The notes: generated by a model from the sequence alone, not told the origin. 32,000 bases of DNA from Bifidobacterium longum subsp. longum JCM 1217 (GCF_000196555.1 NC_015067.1:540001-572000); one strand, 5' to 3'. Shown: positions 9,463-18,574, counted from the stretch's first letter. A program made the numbers and translations.

Positions 9463-10368
9463 ATGATTGCGGGCTTTTCCATAACTTCATTACTGCTGAT
9501 TCTGTTGGCCGGAATCGGCGCAGGATTCGTGGGCTATGCGGTAGGCGCATCGTCACTGGTCTCATACCCGGCCCTGCTCGCGTTCGGCATTCCGCCTGTA
9601 TTGGCAAACGCTTCTAACACCGTTGGCGTGGTCGGCACGGGCATCGGTGGCGTGATGGGTGCGCGCAAAGAACTCAAAGGCCAAGCGGTACGCTCCATTA
9701 CGTATGTGGTCATCGGCGCATTCGGCGGGGTGGCCGGTGCGTTTCTGTTGCTCAAACTCGACCCGAGTGTCTTTGAATTTGCCGCACCAGTGCTGATTTT
9801 GCTGAGCTCGCTGATCATCGCCATCAATCCGCGCGGCCGCATGCAGGCCAAGCAAGCCGCCGCGGATGCCACCGCGCAACTCAAGCACATCGAAGCCACT
9901 GAAGCCACTGAAGCCACTGAAGCCACTGAAGCCACTGAAGCCGCCAAGCGCGCAACCACCCCTACCGCACCTCACCGCCCGCCGGAACAACTCGTGCAGC
10001 CCATGAGTCAGGATTCCTGGTGGGTATGGCTGGGCGTAGCGGCGGTCGCCATCTACTCCGGCTACTTCGGCGCGGGCGCCGGTACCTTGGCTCTCGCCGT
10101 GCTTGATGCCGCCAAAATCGGCCCATTCCACAAGATCAATGCATTGAAAACCCTGATCGGCACAGGCGCGAACATCAGCGCCTCAGTGGTATTCATCATC
10201 CAAGGCGCGGTCGATTGGCCGGCCGCCATCATGCTGTGCATCGGATGCTTCATCGGCGGGTACATCGCCCCGTCCATCACCCGCAAGATTCCCGCAAACA
10301 TCATGCGCGCCGCCGCCGTAATCGCCGGCATCATTCTTACCATCGATCTGGGGCTCAAAACCTATTGA
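9463..10368 (+). CDS. TSUP (TauE/SafE-like) family membrane transporter with an expanded hydrophilic central loop
   Basis: 301-aa protein with two blocks of glycine-rich TM helices (GAGFVGYAVGASSL..., YSGYFGAGAGTLALAVL...), as in the 4+4 TM TSUP fold. The halves are separated by a roughly 70-aa hydrophilic loop that contains the EAT repeat. Confidence 0.75.
   Translation: MIAGFSITSLLLILLAGIGAGFVGYAVGASSLVSYPALLAFGIPPVLANASNTVGVVGTGIGGVMGARKELKGQAVRSITYVVIGAFGGVAGAFLLLKLDPSVFEFAAPVLILLSSLIIAINPRGRMQAKQAAADATAQLKHIEATEATEATEATEATEAAKRATTPTAPHRPPEQLVQPMSQDSWWVWLGVAAVAIYSGYFGAGAGTLALAVLDAAKIGPFHKINALKTLIGTGANISASVVFIIQGAVDWPAAIMLCIGCFIGGYIAPSITRKIPANIMRAAAVIAGIILTIDLGLKTY
9892..9945 (+). repeat. 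9-bp in-frame tandem repeat, gaagccact x5 plus one variant copy gaagccgcc (encodes EATEATEATEATEATEAA)
   Basis: Perfect copies are at 9892, 9901, 9910, 9919 and 9928, and the variant copy is at 9937-9945. Confidence 0.95.
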
Positions 10369-10557
10369 TTCGTGCCTTACACTGATGCAGTGAAGCATAC
10401 AGCATGGCCGTCAACCGCAGCGTGGTCGCAGACCCCGATAAGGTGGCCAATGTCTGGCATTTGGCGACTGCGGAACCTGAGCGCCTAGAAACCAGCGCGG
10501 CAGGCGAAGCGGTGAACGACTTCCTCGATCCGCCAGACACGTCGCAGATTCACGGCA

Positions 10558-10899
10558 TTGCGTGTCATGCTGATTGGCGGTTCGCGGCGCGAGCAGGTGC
10601 TGTTCGCCGGCGTTATGAAGGAGCTACTCGCGCCCATCAACAATCCGCGATATGTCATCATCGGTAAGGAATGGGGCGTGCGCGCTTACTGCGTGAGCTT
10701 CCCCTGCCCGTCCGTATTTGCCCGCCGCCAGCAGGACGCCGAGATACTGAGCCGGCAGTTGGACCGCTGCCTGACGCATTGCACCATGGTATACGCCCGC
10801 ACTGAGGAAGGTCGGCATACGCTACTTCGCTGCCAAACGCGTTCTTTCCTCAACCGCGACGAGCAACTGCCGCACATACTGACCACAACATCGGAGTAA
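10558..10899 (+). CDS. Hypothetical protein, possibly the tail of a decayed larger gene
   Basis: 113-aa ORF (TTG 10558, first ATG 10567) with no recognisable SD. It overlaps a second ORF in another frame (10404-10667). I recognise no family. Confidence 0.3.
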   Translation: MRVMLIGGSRREQVLFAGVMKELLAPINNPRYVIIGKEWGVRAYCVSFPCPSVFARRQQDAEILSRQLDRCLTHCTMVYARTEEGRHTLLRCQTRSFLNRDEQLPHILTTTSE

Positions 10900-10914
10900 T
10901 AGATCGTTGCATTC

Positions 10915-11154
10915 ATGGCCGAGACCACCCCGGTAGAGGAGATGCCGTTGGGCATGTTCATCGCATGGCTCAGCGTGTTCCTCGCCGTCGTTCTGTTTGG
11001 TGTTGCTTTGCCGGTTATCGATGTACGCTGGGTAGTTCCGTTCGTCGTATTTGCCGCTGTATTGTTTACAGGCGCGTTTGCCGGCCCGTTCTTACTAGTG
11101 CGATGGCTTCGTTCCCGTGCCGGAGTGCATCGGTCCGCCCGGCATGCCCGCTAA
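10915..11154 (+). CDS. Hypothetical small membrane protein (two predicted TM helices, basic C-terminus)
   Basis: 79 aa. Hydrophobic stretches are FIAWLSVFLAVVLFGVALPVI and VVPFVVFAAVLFTGAFAGPFLLV, followed by RWLRSRAGVHRSARHAR. There is no clear SD. Confidence 0.4.
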   Translation: MAETTPVEEMPLGMFIAWLSVFLAVVLFGVALPVIDVRWVVPFVVFAAVLFTGAFAGPFLLVRWLRSRAGVHRSARHAR

Positions 11155-11347
11155 CGAATGTATCTCATCATTCATCCGCCGAACAAGATGAATATGCGGG
11201 TTTGTGGGTGATGCCATTGCGGCTGTTGAATGCTGATTTCCGGTTCTGGAGCAGATTCCGTGGCGGTTTTTTGCCGAGTCGGGTCCTAGGGTGGAGCACA
11301 ACGACTACGATGGTGCGGGTAACGCGATACAAGGAGTGGAACTTCAT

Positions 11348-12733
11348 ATGCCGAAGATGTTTGGAACCGATGGTGTTCGAGGACTGGCCAATAGGGATTT
11401 GACCGCACGTCTGGCGTTGGATTTGGGCGATGCCGCCGTGCGTGTGCTCGGCGACGCCGGCACCCAAGACGATCAGCCTGAGGGGCGCCGCCGCGCGCTC
11501 GTGGGTCGTGACACCCGTGTGTCCGGCGATTTTCTGGCTTCCGCCCTGTCTGCGGGCATGGCCGCCGGCGGATTCGACGTGATCGACGCAGGCATCATCC
11601 CGACCCCGGGCATCGCGTTCCTGACCAGCGTGCTCAACGTTGAGATGGGTGCCGTGATCTCCGCCTCCCACAACCCGATGCCCGACAACGGCATCAAGTT
11701 CTTCGCACGCGGCGGCTTCAAGCTGCCCGACCAGAAGGAAGACGACATCGAGGCCGTGCTCGGCCAGGACTGGGACCGCCCGACCGGTGCCGGCGTGGGC
11801 CGCGTGAGCCACGACCAGACCACCGCCACCAACCTGTACATCGATCATCTGGTGGCCACCATCGCTCCGCTGAACGATGACAAAACCCAGCCCAAGCCGC
11901 TCAAGGGCCTGAAGATCGTGGCCGACTGCGCCAACGGCGCCACTTCCGTGGTGGCTCCCGAAGCCCTGCGCCGTGCCGGTGCGGATGTAATCGTGATCAA
12001 CGCCTCGCCGGACGGCTACAACATCAACAAGAACGCCGGTTCCACCCACCCCGAGCAGCTGCAGGCCATGGTCAAGGCCACCGATGCCGTGATGGGCGTG
12101 GCCTTCGACGGCGACGCCGACCGTTGCCTCGCCGTGGACGAAGACGGCAACATGATCAACGGCGACCAGATCATGGGCATTCTGGCCCGCGCCAAGCAGC
12201 GCGAAGGCAAGCTCAACCACGACACCCTCGTGGTCACCGTGATGAGCAACCTCGGTCTGAAGCTCGCCCTGAAAGATATGGGCATCAAGACCGTGGAAAC
12301 CGCCGTGGGCGATCGTTACGTGCTTGAGGAAATGCTCAAGGGCGATTACTCGCTCGGCGGCGAGCAGTCCGGCCACGTGATCAACCGCGAATTCGCCACC
12401 ACCGGCGACGGCACCCTGACCGCACTGACCCTGTGCAACGAGGTCGTCAAGTCCGGCAAGAGCCTGAAGGAGCTCGCCGCCGACTTCCCGCAGCTGCCGC
12501 AGACCCTCATCAACGTGCCGAACGTGGACAAGAAGGCCGCCTCCACCAACAAGCGCATCCAGGATGCCGTGGCCCGTGAGGAGGAACTGCTGGGAGACAC
12601 CGGCCGTGTGCTGCTGCGCCCCTCCGGCACCGAACCGCTCGTGCGCGTGATGGCCGAGGCCGCCACCCAAGCCTACGCCGACGAAGTCTGCACCCGCCTC
12701 GCCAAGATCGTCGCCGAAGAACTCGCGCTGTAG
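11348..12733 (+). CDS. glmM: Phosphoglucosamine mutase
   Basis: Starts MPKMFGTDGVRG. Has the active-site loop SASHNPMPDNGIKFF, the metal-binding FDGDADR and the GEQSGH sugar-binding motif. AAGGAG lies 9 nt upstream of ATG 11348, so the start at 11291 in the ORF track looks like an over-extension. Confidence 0.93.
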   Translation: MPKMFGTDGVRGLANRDLTARLALDLGDAAVRVLGDAGTQDDQPEGRRRALVGRDTRVSGDFLASALSAGMAAGGFDVIDAGIIPTPGIAFLTSVLNVEMGAVISASHNPMPDNGIKFFARGGFKLPDQKEDDIEAVLGQDWDRPTGAGVGRVSHDQTTATNLYIDHLVATIAPLNDDKTQPKPLKGLKIVADCANGATSVVAPEALRRAGADVIVINASPDGYNINKNAGSTHPEQLQAMVKATDAVMGVAFDGDADRCLAVDEDGNMINGDQIMGILARAKQREGKLNHDTLVVTVMSNLGLKLALKDMGIKTVETAVGDRYVLEEMLKGDYSLGGEQSGHVINREFATTGDGTLTALTLCNEVVKSGKSLKELAADFPQLPQTLINVPNVDKKAASTNKRIQDAVAREEELLGDTGRVLLRPSGTEPLVRVMAEAATQAYADEVCTRLAKIVAEELAL

Positions 12734-12757
12734 CACCCTTCCCTAAGGAAAAAAACA

Positions 12758-13411
12758 ATGTTTGGAAAGAACGCCAAAGTCGACCTCGAACTCAACCGTG
12801 ATGTCGAAAAACTCATCAAAACCGGCGGCAAGGAGAAGCTCCTGCCCATCGTGCAGGCCGGCGAACCGGTGTTGCGCCAACGGACAGTGGCCTATAATGG
12901 CCAGCTTTCCAAGCGTACGCTCGCCAAACTCATCGATACGATGCACACCACCATGCTGGAGGCACCCGGCGTGGGGCTCGCCGCCACCCAGATCGGCTTG
13001 GGGCTCGCGCTCGCCGTGGTCGAAGACCACGTGCGCGACGACGAGGATGATCCGCGCGAAATCGCGGAATTCCCCTTCCACGTGATCATCAACCCGAGCT
13101 ACAAACCCACCAGCGACAAAACCGCCTCGTTCTACGAGGGCTGCCTGAGCTTCGACGGATACCAAGCTGTGCGCAAGCGTTGGCTCGACATCACCGCCGA
13201 ATGGGATGATGAAGACGGCAAACACCACAGCGAGCCGCTGCACGGCTGGCCCGCACGCATCTTCCAGCACGAAACCGATCATTTGAGCGGCGAGTTGTAT
13301 ATCGATCGCGCCGAAATCCGTTCGCTGACCACCAACGAGAACCTCGAGGACTACTGGTGCGAAGACCCGGTGCCCACCGAGGCCGCTGAAGAGCTCGGTT
13401 TCGCACTATGA
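12758..13411 (+). CDS. def: Peptide deformylase
   Basis: The three PDF motifs are present: GVGLAATQIG, EGCLSF and HETDHLSG. Confidence 0.93.
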   Translation: MFGKNAKVDLELNRDVEKLIKTGGKEKLLPIVQAGEPVLRQRTVAYNGQLSKRTLAKLIDTMHTTMLEAPGVGLAATQIGLGLALAVVEDHVRDDEDDPREIAEFPFHVIINPSYKPTSDKTASFYEGCLSFDGYQAVRKRWLDITAEWDDEDGKHHSEPLHGWPARIFQHETDHLSGELYIDRAEIRSLTTNENLEDYWCEDPVPTEAAEELGFAL

Positions 13412-14889
13412 CCGACCGTGCATGGTTCGACGCCGCCAAGGGAGACATTCCCCAATGGGCGGCGTCCATGCCCAAGGACGCCGATGGCACCACCATCGAC
13501 TGGGACTGGGTGCGTTCTCTGGACCTGGCGCATGGCGTCGGCACAATACCGGAATCCACCCCACAGTCCATCCACGACGCATTGAAGGCCGACTACGCCA
13601 CACGCGAGCGTCTGGAATCGATCATCGCCCAATGCAACAGCGCATTCATGACCGATTTCGACCGGTTCATCGGCTCCTATCGTCTGCCTCGCGCGCTCGC
13701 CTACGCCAATCGTCGGCTCAACGACAACATCAACACGCTGTTGCATCTGGGCGAACAGCAACACCTATGGGCGGTCAGTCGCGAACGGCGGGGGAGGGCC
13801 ACCATTGCCGTGCTCAAGCCGTACTCCGGCAGCGGCCCGTCGAACGATGACCAAGGCATGCTGGATCTGAGCGGCGAAGCCGGTGGCACATCTGCCGGAA
13901 ACACTGCCGCCGAAAACAGCGATGTCAAGTTCCCCACAACAGTCGCCTTGGACGATGTCCAAGATCGTACGGCAGCGATTCTTGACGCACGCGCCGAACG
14001 GCGTAAGGCCCAGCGCTTCCAGAAGCGGGCGGGCGATGCGGCGATGGCCCGCGCCAATCTCTCCGGCGCGACTTCGCCGGGTGGTGCCGCTCTGCCGGGT
14101 GGTGCCGCCGCGTCTGGCAACGCTACCGGACACCATCCCAAGCCCGACTGGCGCGACGCCTACCTGCCCGGCCGCGACGTGGATGCGGTGATGGGCATCG
14201 ACATCGAAACCACCGGCATCGATCCGGCACGTGACTACATCATCGACGTCGGCTTCGAGTTCATGAACATGGCCAGTCCGCGCCCGGCCGGCGAACCCGA
14301 GACATACGCCTATGAGCAGGGCTATTACGCCGCCGGCGACGCCTACGGCCAGTCCCGCCTCGCTTTTGGCGTGCCGCCGGAAAACGCGGCGCTCGGCAAC
14401 GCCCTCATCGCCAAACTCACCGGTATCGATGTACGCGGCCGCAGCAGCGAGGCCGGGTACCGACTCTTCGACGAATGGCCCCAAGCCCAGGCCGGCCTGC
14501 TCGCGCGGCTTACCCAGCAGCCGTACGTGGCGCATAACGCCACCTTCGAACATAGCTGGTTCATGCTGAACGTCGCCGGATACGCGGAAAGCTACCGCGC
14601 CGGGCGCATCACCATCATCGATACCCTGCCGATGAGCCGGCAGTGGGACCCCGGCGCGGTACCCACCAACGAGCATCCTTACGGAGACAACACGCTCGAC
14701 GCCTACGCCAAACGTCAGGGCGCGCTTGATTCCGCCCACAACGAACGCCACCTGGGCCTTGAGGATTCGCACATCATGCTGGTGGCCATGAAACACCATC
14801 TGGCGGCGCTGAAAGCGCAAGGGAAAGGGCCGTGGGGGTCCACCGGCAGGGCGGGCATCGGCGGCAAGTCCTGCGGTCGTAAGCGGTGA
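13408..14889 (+). CDS. DEDDh (DnaQ-like) 3'-5' exonuclease domain protein with a roughly 250-aa N-terminal region of unknown function
   Basis: Exo motifs sit in the C-terminal half: GIDIETTGID (Exo I), VAHNATFEHSWF (Exo II) and HLGLEDSH (Exo III, H-x4-D). The start ATG overlaps the def stop (ATGA at 13408-13411). An internal exact 15-nt repeat gccgggtggtgccgc occurs at 14076-14090 and 14094-14108. Confidence 0.8.
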   Translation: MTDRAWFDAAKGDIPQWAASMPKDADGTTIDWDWVRSLDLAHGVGTIPESTPQSIHDALKADYATRERLESIIAQCNSAFMTDFDRFIGSYRLPRALAYANRRLNDNINTLLHLGEQQHLWAVSRERRGRATIAVLKPYSGSGPSNDDQGMLDLSGEAGGTSAGNTAAENSDVKFPTTVALDDVQDRTAAILDARAERRKAQRFQKRAGDAAMARANLSGATSPGGAALPGGAAASGNATGHHPKPDWRDAYLPGRDVDAVMGIDIETTGIDPARDYIIDVGFEFMNMASPRPAGEPETYAYEQGYYAAGDAYGQSRLAFGVPPENAALGNALIAKLTGIDVRGRSSEAGYRLFDEWPQAQAGLLARLTQQPYVAHNATFEHSWFMLNVAGYAESYRAGRITIIDTLPMSRQWDPGAVPTNEHPYGDNTLDAYAKRQGALDSAHNERHLGLEDSHIMLVAMKHHLAALKAQGKGPWGSTGRAGIGGKSCGRKR

Positions 14890-14905
14890 GTACACTATTG
14901 GTCTC

Positions 14906-15037
14906 GTGAGTAACTATCAGGACAGCCGACAGCAGCGTGAGAACCGCCGCCGCACCATCGTGCGTGTGGTGTGCGTGGTCATAGCTGTGGCCATGCTCGG
15001 CTCCCTGGTCATCCCGGCGATTTACGCGGGGCTTTGA
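14906..15037 (+). CDS. Candidate 43-aa single-pass membrane peptide (below the ORF-track length cut-off)
   Basis: GTG 14906 to TGA 15035-15037. Translation is VSNYQDSRQQRENRRRTIVRVVCVVIAVAMLGSLVIPAIYAGL, a basic N-terminus followed by one hydrophobic helix. No strong SD, so this is speculative. Confidence 0.3.
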   Translation: MSNYQDSRQQRENRRRTIVRVVCVVIAVAMLGSLVIPAIYAGL

Positions 15038-15271
15038 CGTTGCCTTCGCATATTCGTGCCCGCAGTTGAACACGTCTGATGCGAGGGATTCGTGAGGTCG
15101 CCCGGCCGGTTATCGGCAAGGCAGGCCCGGAACCTTCTGACAGCATGGATTGCAGGCGGATGCGCGTGTGGCGCGGCAATGCCCGCCAACGCCAGAGGAA
15201 TGTGCGAAGGCTGTCAACAAGGACGTGACTTCCCAAGGAATCTCAAAGAATCAACAGTAAGGTAAACCACG

Positions 15272-16396
15272 ATGGCAGAATTTGACTTTACCCAGGCGAT
15301 CGGCGAAGCCCGCGCCAAATACGAATCCATCGCCAAGGCGCTGGACGTCGACCGACTCAAGGCCGATATCAAGGATCTCGAAACGCAGGCCGCGGCCCCG
15401 GGCCTGTGGGATGACCCGGAAAACGCCCAGAAGATCACCAGCCGGCTGTCCGCCGCGGAATCGCAGCTGAAGCGTCTGAACTCCGCCTCCCAGCGCATCG
15501 ACGATGTGGAAACGCTCGTCGAACTCGGCCACGAGGAGGGCGATCAGGACTCTCTGGACGAGGCGCAAAGCGAAATCGGCGAGATCCAGAAGGATCTCGA
15601 CCAGATGGAGATTCAGACCCTGCTTGACGGCGAATATGACGAACGTTCCGCCGTGGTGACCATCCGCTCCGGTGCCGGCGGCGTCGACGCGGCCGACTTC
15701 GCGCAGATGCTGCTGCGCATGTACCTGCGCTACTGCGAGCGTAACGGCTTCAAGGCCAAGGTCATGGACACCTCCTACGCCGAAGAGGCGGGCATCAAGT
15801 CCGCCACCTTCCAGGTGGACGCCCCCTACGCTTACGGCCGACTGTCCGTGGAAGGCGGCACCCACCGTCTGGTGCGCATCTCCCCGTTCGACAACCAGGG
15901 TCGCCGCCAGACCAGCTTCGCCGCCGTGGAAGTGGTGCCGCTGGTCGAGGCCACCGATCACATCGACATTCCGGATACGGACATCCGCGTGGACACCTAC
16001 TGCTCCTCCGGCCCCGGCGGCCAGGGCGTGAACACCACGTACTCGGCCGTGCGCATCACCCACCTTCCCACCGGCATCGTGGTGACCATGCAGGATGAGC
16101 GTTCGCAGATTCAGAACCGCGCCTCCGCCATGGCCGTGCTCCAGTCCCGACTGCTCGTGCTGCGCCACGAGGAGGAGGCCAAGAAGAAGAAGGAGCTCGC
16201 CGGCGATATCAAGGCCAGCTGGGGCGATCAGATGCGCTCCTACGTGCTGCACCCCTACCAGATGGTCAAGGATTTGCGCACCGGCTACGAAACCAGCCAG
16301 ACCCAGGCCGTGTTCGACGGCGACATCAACGCGTTCATCGAGGCCGGCATCCGCTGGCGCCACGAACAGCGCCGCGCCGCCGAAACCGAGGAGTAA
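15272..16396 (+). CDS. prfB: Peptide chain release factor 2 (single uninterrupted ORF, no programmed frameshift)
   Basis: Has the SPF tripeptide (RISPFD) specific to RF2, the GGQ motif ([11 protein letters not shown]), and a 374-aa ORF beginning MAEFDFTQA. Confidence 0.93.
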   Translation: MAEFDFTQAIGEARAKYESIAKALDVDRLKADIKDLETQAAAPGLWDDPENAQKITSRLSAAESQLKRLNSASQRIDDVETLVELGHEEGDQDSLDEAQSEIGEIQKDLDQMEIQTLLDGEYDERSAVVTIRSGAGGVDAADFAQMLLRMYLRYCERNGFKAKVMDTSYAEEAGIKSATFQVDAPYAYGRLSVEGGTHRLVRISPFDNQGRRQTSFAAVEVVPLVEATDHIDIPDTDIRVDTYCSSGPGGQGVNTTYSAVRITHLPTGIVVTMQDERSQIQNRASAMAVLQSRLLVLRHEEEAKKKKELAGDIKASWGDQMRSYVLHPYQMVKDLRTGYETSQTQAVFDGDINAFIEAGIRWRHEQRRAAETEE

Positions 16397-16404
16397 GCAG
16401 CATT

Positions 16405-17538
16405 ATGGCGCTGATCTCACTGGACAATGTGTCCAAGATCTATCCCAAAGGCACCCGACCGGCGCTTGACGACATCAACCTCGATATCGAACGCGGTGAT
16501 TTCGTGTTCCTTGTGGGTGCGTCCGGCTCCGGCAAGACCACGCTCTTGAGCCTGCTGTTGCGCGAGGAAGAGGCCACCAACGGCGAGATTCGCGTGGCCG
16601 GCAACGATCTGCGGCGCATCACCAACCGTCAAGTGCCGCAGTACCGCCGTTCGCTGGGCTTCGTGTTCCAGGATTACAAGCTGCTCAATAACAAAACCGT
16701 GTGGGAGAACGTGGCGTTCGCCCTTGAGGTGATCGGCACACGGCGGTCCACCATCAAATCGTTGGTGCCCAAGGTGCTGGATACCGTGGGGCTCACCGGC
16801 AAGGAAAAGAACTACCCGCATGAGCTCTCCGGTGGCGAGCAGCAGCGTGTGGCCATCGCCCGCGCCTACGTGAACCACCCGCAGATTCTGCTGGCCGACG
16901 AGCCCACCGGCAACCTCGACCCGACCACTTCGCTGGGCATCATGGAAGTGCTGGACGCCATCAACCGCACCGGCACCACCATCGTCATGGCCACGCATAA
17001 CGAAGAGATCGTCAACTCGATGCGCAAGCGCGTGGTCGAACTGCACAACGGCAAGATCGTGCGTGACGAGGCTCATGGCTCCTATGATTCCGCCCTGTTC
17101 TTCCCGGATGCCGAAGTCGAAGCCAAGTCCGACGCCGCCCATCATGTGCTGGCGGCGGCGACCAAGGCCATCGAGGGCAGTGACGAGCCGTCCGAAGGCA
17201 TCGCCCGTCTGGCCAACTCCGTGCATTCCGGCCGCACCGGCCGCTATGGCGAGACGTTCGCGCCGCTGGAAGACACGCTGACCTGGGGCAAGGGCATCCC
17301 GTTGGACGAGCAGGCCGCCGCCCTGGAAAGCACCCAGGCGTTCGACCCGTTCAATGACGAGTCCGGCGAGACCGCCGCGGTTGCCGATACGTCCGTGTCA
17401 TCCGCCGCCGAGCCGCCGGCCCCGCCGGAACCGCCCGAGCCGCCGACCCCGCCGGAACCGCCCGTACCGCCTGTCGGCGAGCAGTCCGCCGCAGACCAAA
17501 CATCCGACGATCAACCCGCTGAGGGCGCGAAGGAGTAA
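16405..17538 (+). CDS. ftsE: Cell-division ABC ATPase FtsE with a roughly 150-aa acidic, proline-rich C-terminal extension
   Basis: Has Walker [10 protein letters not shown], signature LSGGEQQRV and Walker B ILLADEPT, and lies directly upstream of ftsX. The tail after about residue 225 is low complexity (…[21 protein letters not shown]…). Confidence 0.9.
   Translation: MALISLDNVSKIYPKGTRPALDDINLDIERGDFVFLVGASGSGKTTLLSLLLREEEATNGEIRVAGNDLRRITNRQVPQYRRSLGFVFQDYKLLNNKTVWENVAFALEVIGTRRSTIKSLVPKVLDTVGLTGKEKNYPHELSGGEQQRVAIARAYVNHPQILLADEPTGNLDPTTSLGIMEVLDAINRTGTTIVMATHNEEIVNSMRKRVVELHNGKIVRDEAHGSYDSALFFPDAEVEAKSDAAHHVLAAATKAIEGSDEPSEGIARLANSVHSGRTGRYGETFAPLEDTLTWGKGIPLDEQAAALESTQAFDPFNDESGETAAVADTSVSSAAEPPAPPEPPEPPTPPEPPVPPVGEQSAADQTSDDQPAEGAKE
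17410..17463 (+). repeat. 27-bp in-frame tandem duplication in the ftsE tail (EPPAPPEPP / EPPTPPEPP)
   Basis: Unit 1 (17410-17436) and unit 2 (17437-17463) differ at one base. Confidence 0.9.
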
Positions 17539-17548
17539 GGGGGATCAT

Positions 17549-18472
17549 ATGCGAGCACGATTCATTCTGTCCGAAACGTGGGCCAACCTCACCCGTAACC
17601 TGTCGATGCTGCTGTCGCTGACGCTGGTCACCTTCATCTCATTCCTGTTCATCGGCGCTTCGGTGCTTACTCAGGCGCAGATCACCAAAGCCAAGGGCGA
17701 CTGGTACGACAAGGTCGAGGTCGTGGTGTGGCTATGCCCCGACGGCACCAGCCAATCCGCGAACTGCGCTTCCGGCAAATCGCCCTCAGCCAATGAGATC
17801 ACGGCACTGCAGAAAACCATTCGCGACGAACTCAACGACGTGGTCTCCAACATTGACTACGTCAGCAAGCAGGACTTCTACGACAGCACATTCACCAAGC
17901 AGTACCCGAATGGCGAATTCCAAGGCCGTACGCTGACCGCGGACGATATGCAGGACTCTCTCTGGCTCAAGCTGAAGGATCCGACCAAATATCAGGTGGT
18001 CTCCGAAGTGCTCTCCGGCAAGGAGGGCGTGGAAGACGTCACCGACCAGCGCCAGATCTTCGACCCGGTGTTCGCCGTGCTCAACCGAGCCACGGCGGTT
18101 ACGGCCGTGCTCGCCGGCGTGATGGTGGTGGTCGCCATCCTGCTGACCGGAACCACCATTCGCATGTCCGCCGCGTCCAGACGAACCGAAACCGAAATCA
18201 TGAGATACGTGGGTGCCTCGAACTGGACGATTCGTCTGCCGTTCATTCTGGAGGGCGCCATCGCCTCACTGATCGGCTCGGTGCTCTCGTGCCTGATGCT
18301 TTCGGCCATTGTGAACGTGTTCATCACCGGCTGGCTGGCGAAATCCATTACATGGATTCCTTATGTGAATCAGCTCACGGTACTGGTGATATCGCCGTTC
18401 CTGGTTGTGGGCGCGATACTGCTGTCCATCATCGCTTCAACCATTTCGTTGCGGCGTTATTTGAGGGCGTAA
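17549..18472 (+). CDS. ftsX: Cell-division permease-like protein FtsX
   Basis: Begins MRARFILSETWANLTRN, a typical FtsX N-terminus. TM1 is followed by a large extracytoplasmic loop and three C-terminal TM helices. ATG 17549 follows the AGGAG/GGGGG run at the ftsE stop. The 17354 start in the ORF track overlaps the ftsE tail and looks like an over-extension. Confidence 0.9.
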   Translation: MRARFILSETWANLTRNLSMLLSLTLVTFISFLFIGASVLTQAQITKAKGDWYDKVEVVVWLCPDGTSQSANCASGKSPSANEITALQKTIRDELNDVVSNIDYVSKQDFYDSTFTKQYPNGEFQGRTLTADDMQDSLWLKLKDPTKYQVVSEVLSGKEGVEDVTDQRQIFDPVFAVLNRATAVTAVLAGVMVVVAILLTGTTIRMSAASRRTETEIMRYVGASNWTIRLPFILEGAIASLIGSVLSCLMLSAIVNVFITGWLAKSITWIPYVNQLTVLVISPFLVVGAILLSIIASTISLRRYLRA

Positions 18473-18574
18473 CGCGACCGGCTTACCCGCGAGAAATGTG
18501 ATGACATCGTGTGCAAGCCTCTCAGGTTCGCATGTTATGGTATTGGCTTAAGTGAGCGAAAGGACCATTCACAT

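Noticed and set aside
15032-15038. CTT TGA C, the classic RF2 (+1) programmed-frameshift heptamer, sits about 235 nt upstream of prfB at the end of the small ORF 14906-15037.
   Set aside because: prfB is a single intact ORF from ATG 15272 with no internal stop. Shifting +1 at this site gives only 19 more codons before a TGA (about 15095). The upstream G-rich tract abuts CTT directly rather than lying at the SD-like spacing. It looks like a coincidence.
15105-15150. ggcaggcccggaacc resembles part of the SRP (4.5S) RNA domain IV motif.
   Set aside because: The following bases (ttctgacagc) do not match the conserved GGAAGGAAGCAGC-type continuation. No symmetric-loop helix can be drawn.
17354-17548. 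Upstream in-frame extensions of ORF-track entries: ftsX from 17354, dapB from 2813, glmM from 11291, hydrolase from 18509, smpB from 20011, SBP1 from 20542, permease from 29090.
   Set aside because: In each case an internal ATG is preceded by a good SD and starts the conserved N-terminus or signal peptide. The extensions overlap upstream genes or intergenic repeats.
18473-18574. Cyclic-di-AMP (ydaO-type) riboswitch upstream of the cell-wall hydrolase gene, as seen before some actinobacterial hydrolase genes.
   Set aside because: The spacer is only about 100 nt. I cannot find the pseudo-two-fold symmetric conserved segments expected for that class.
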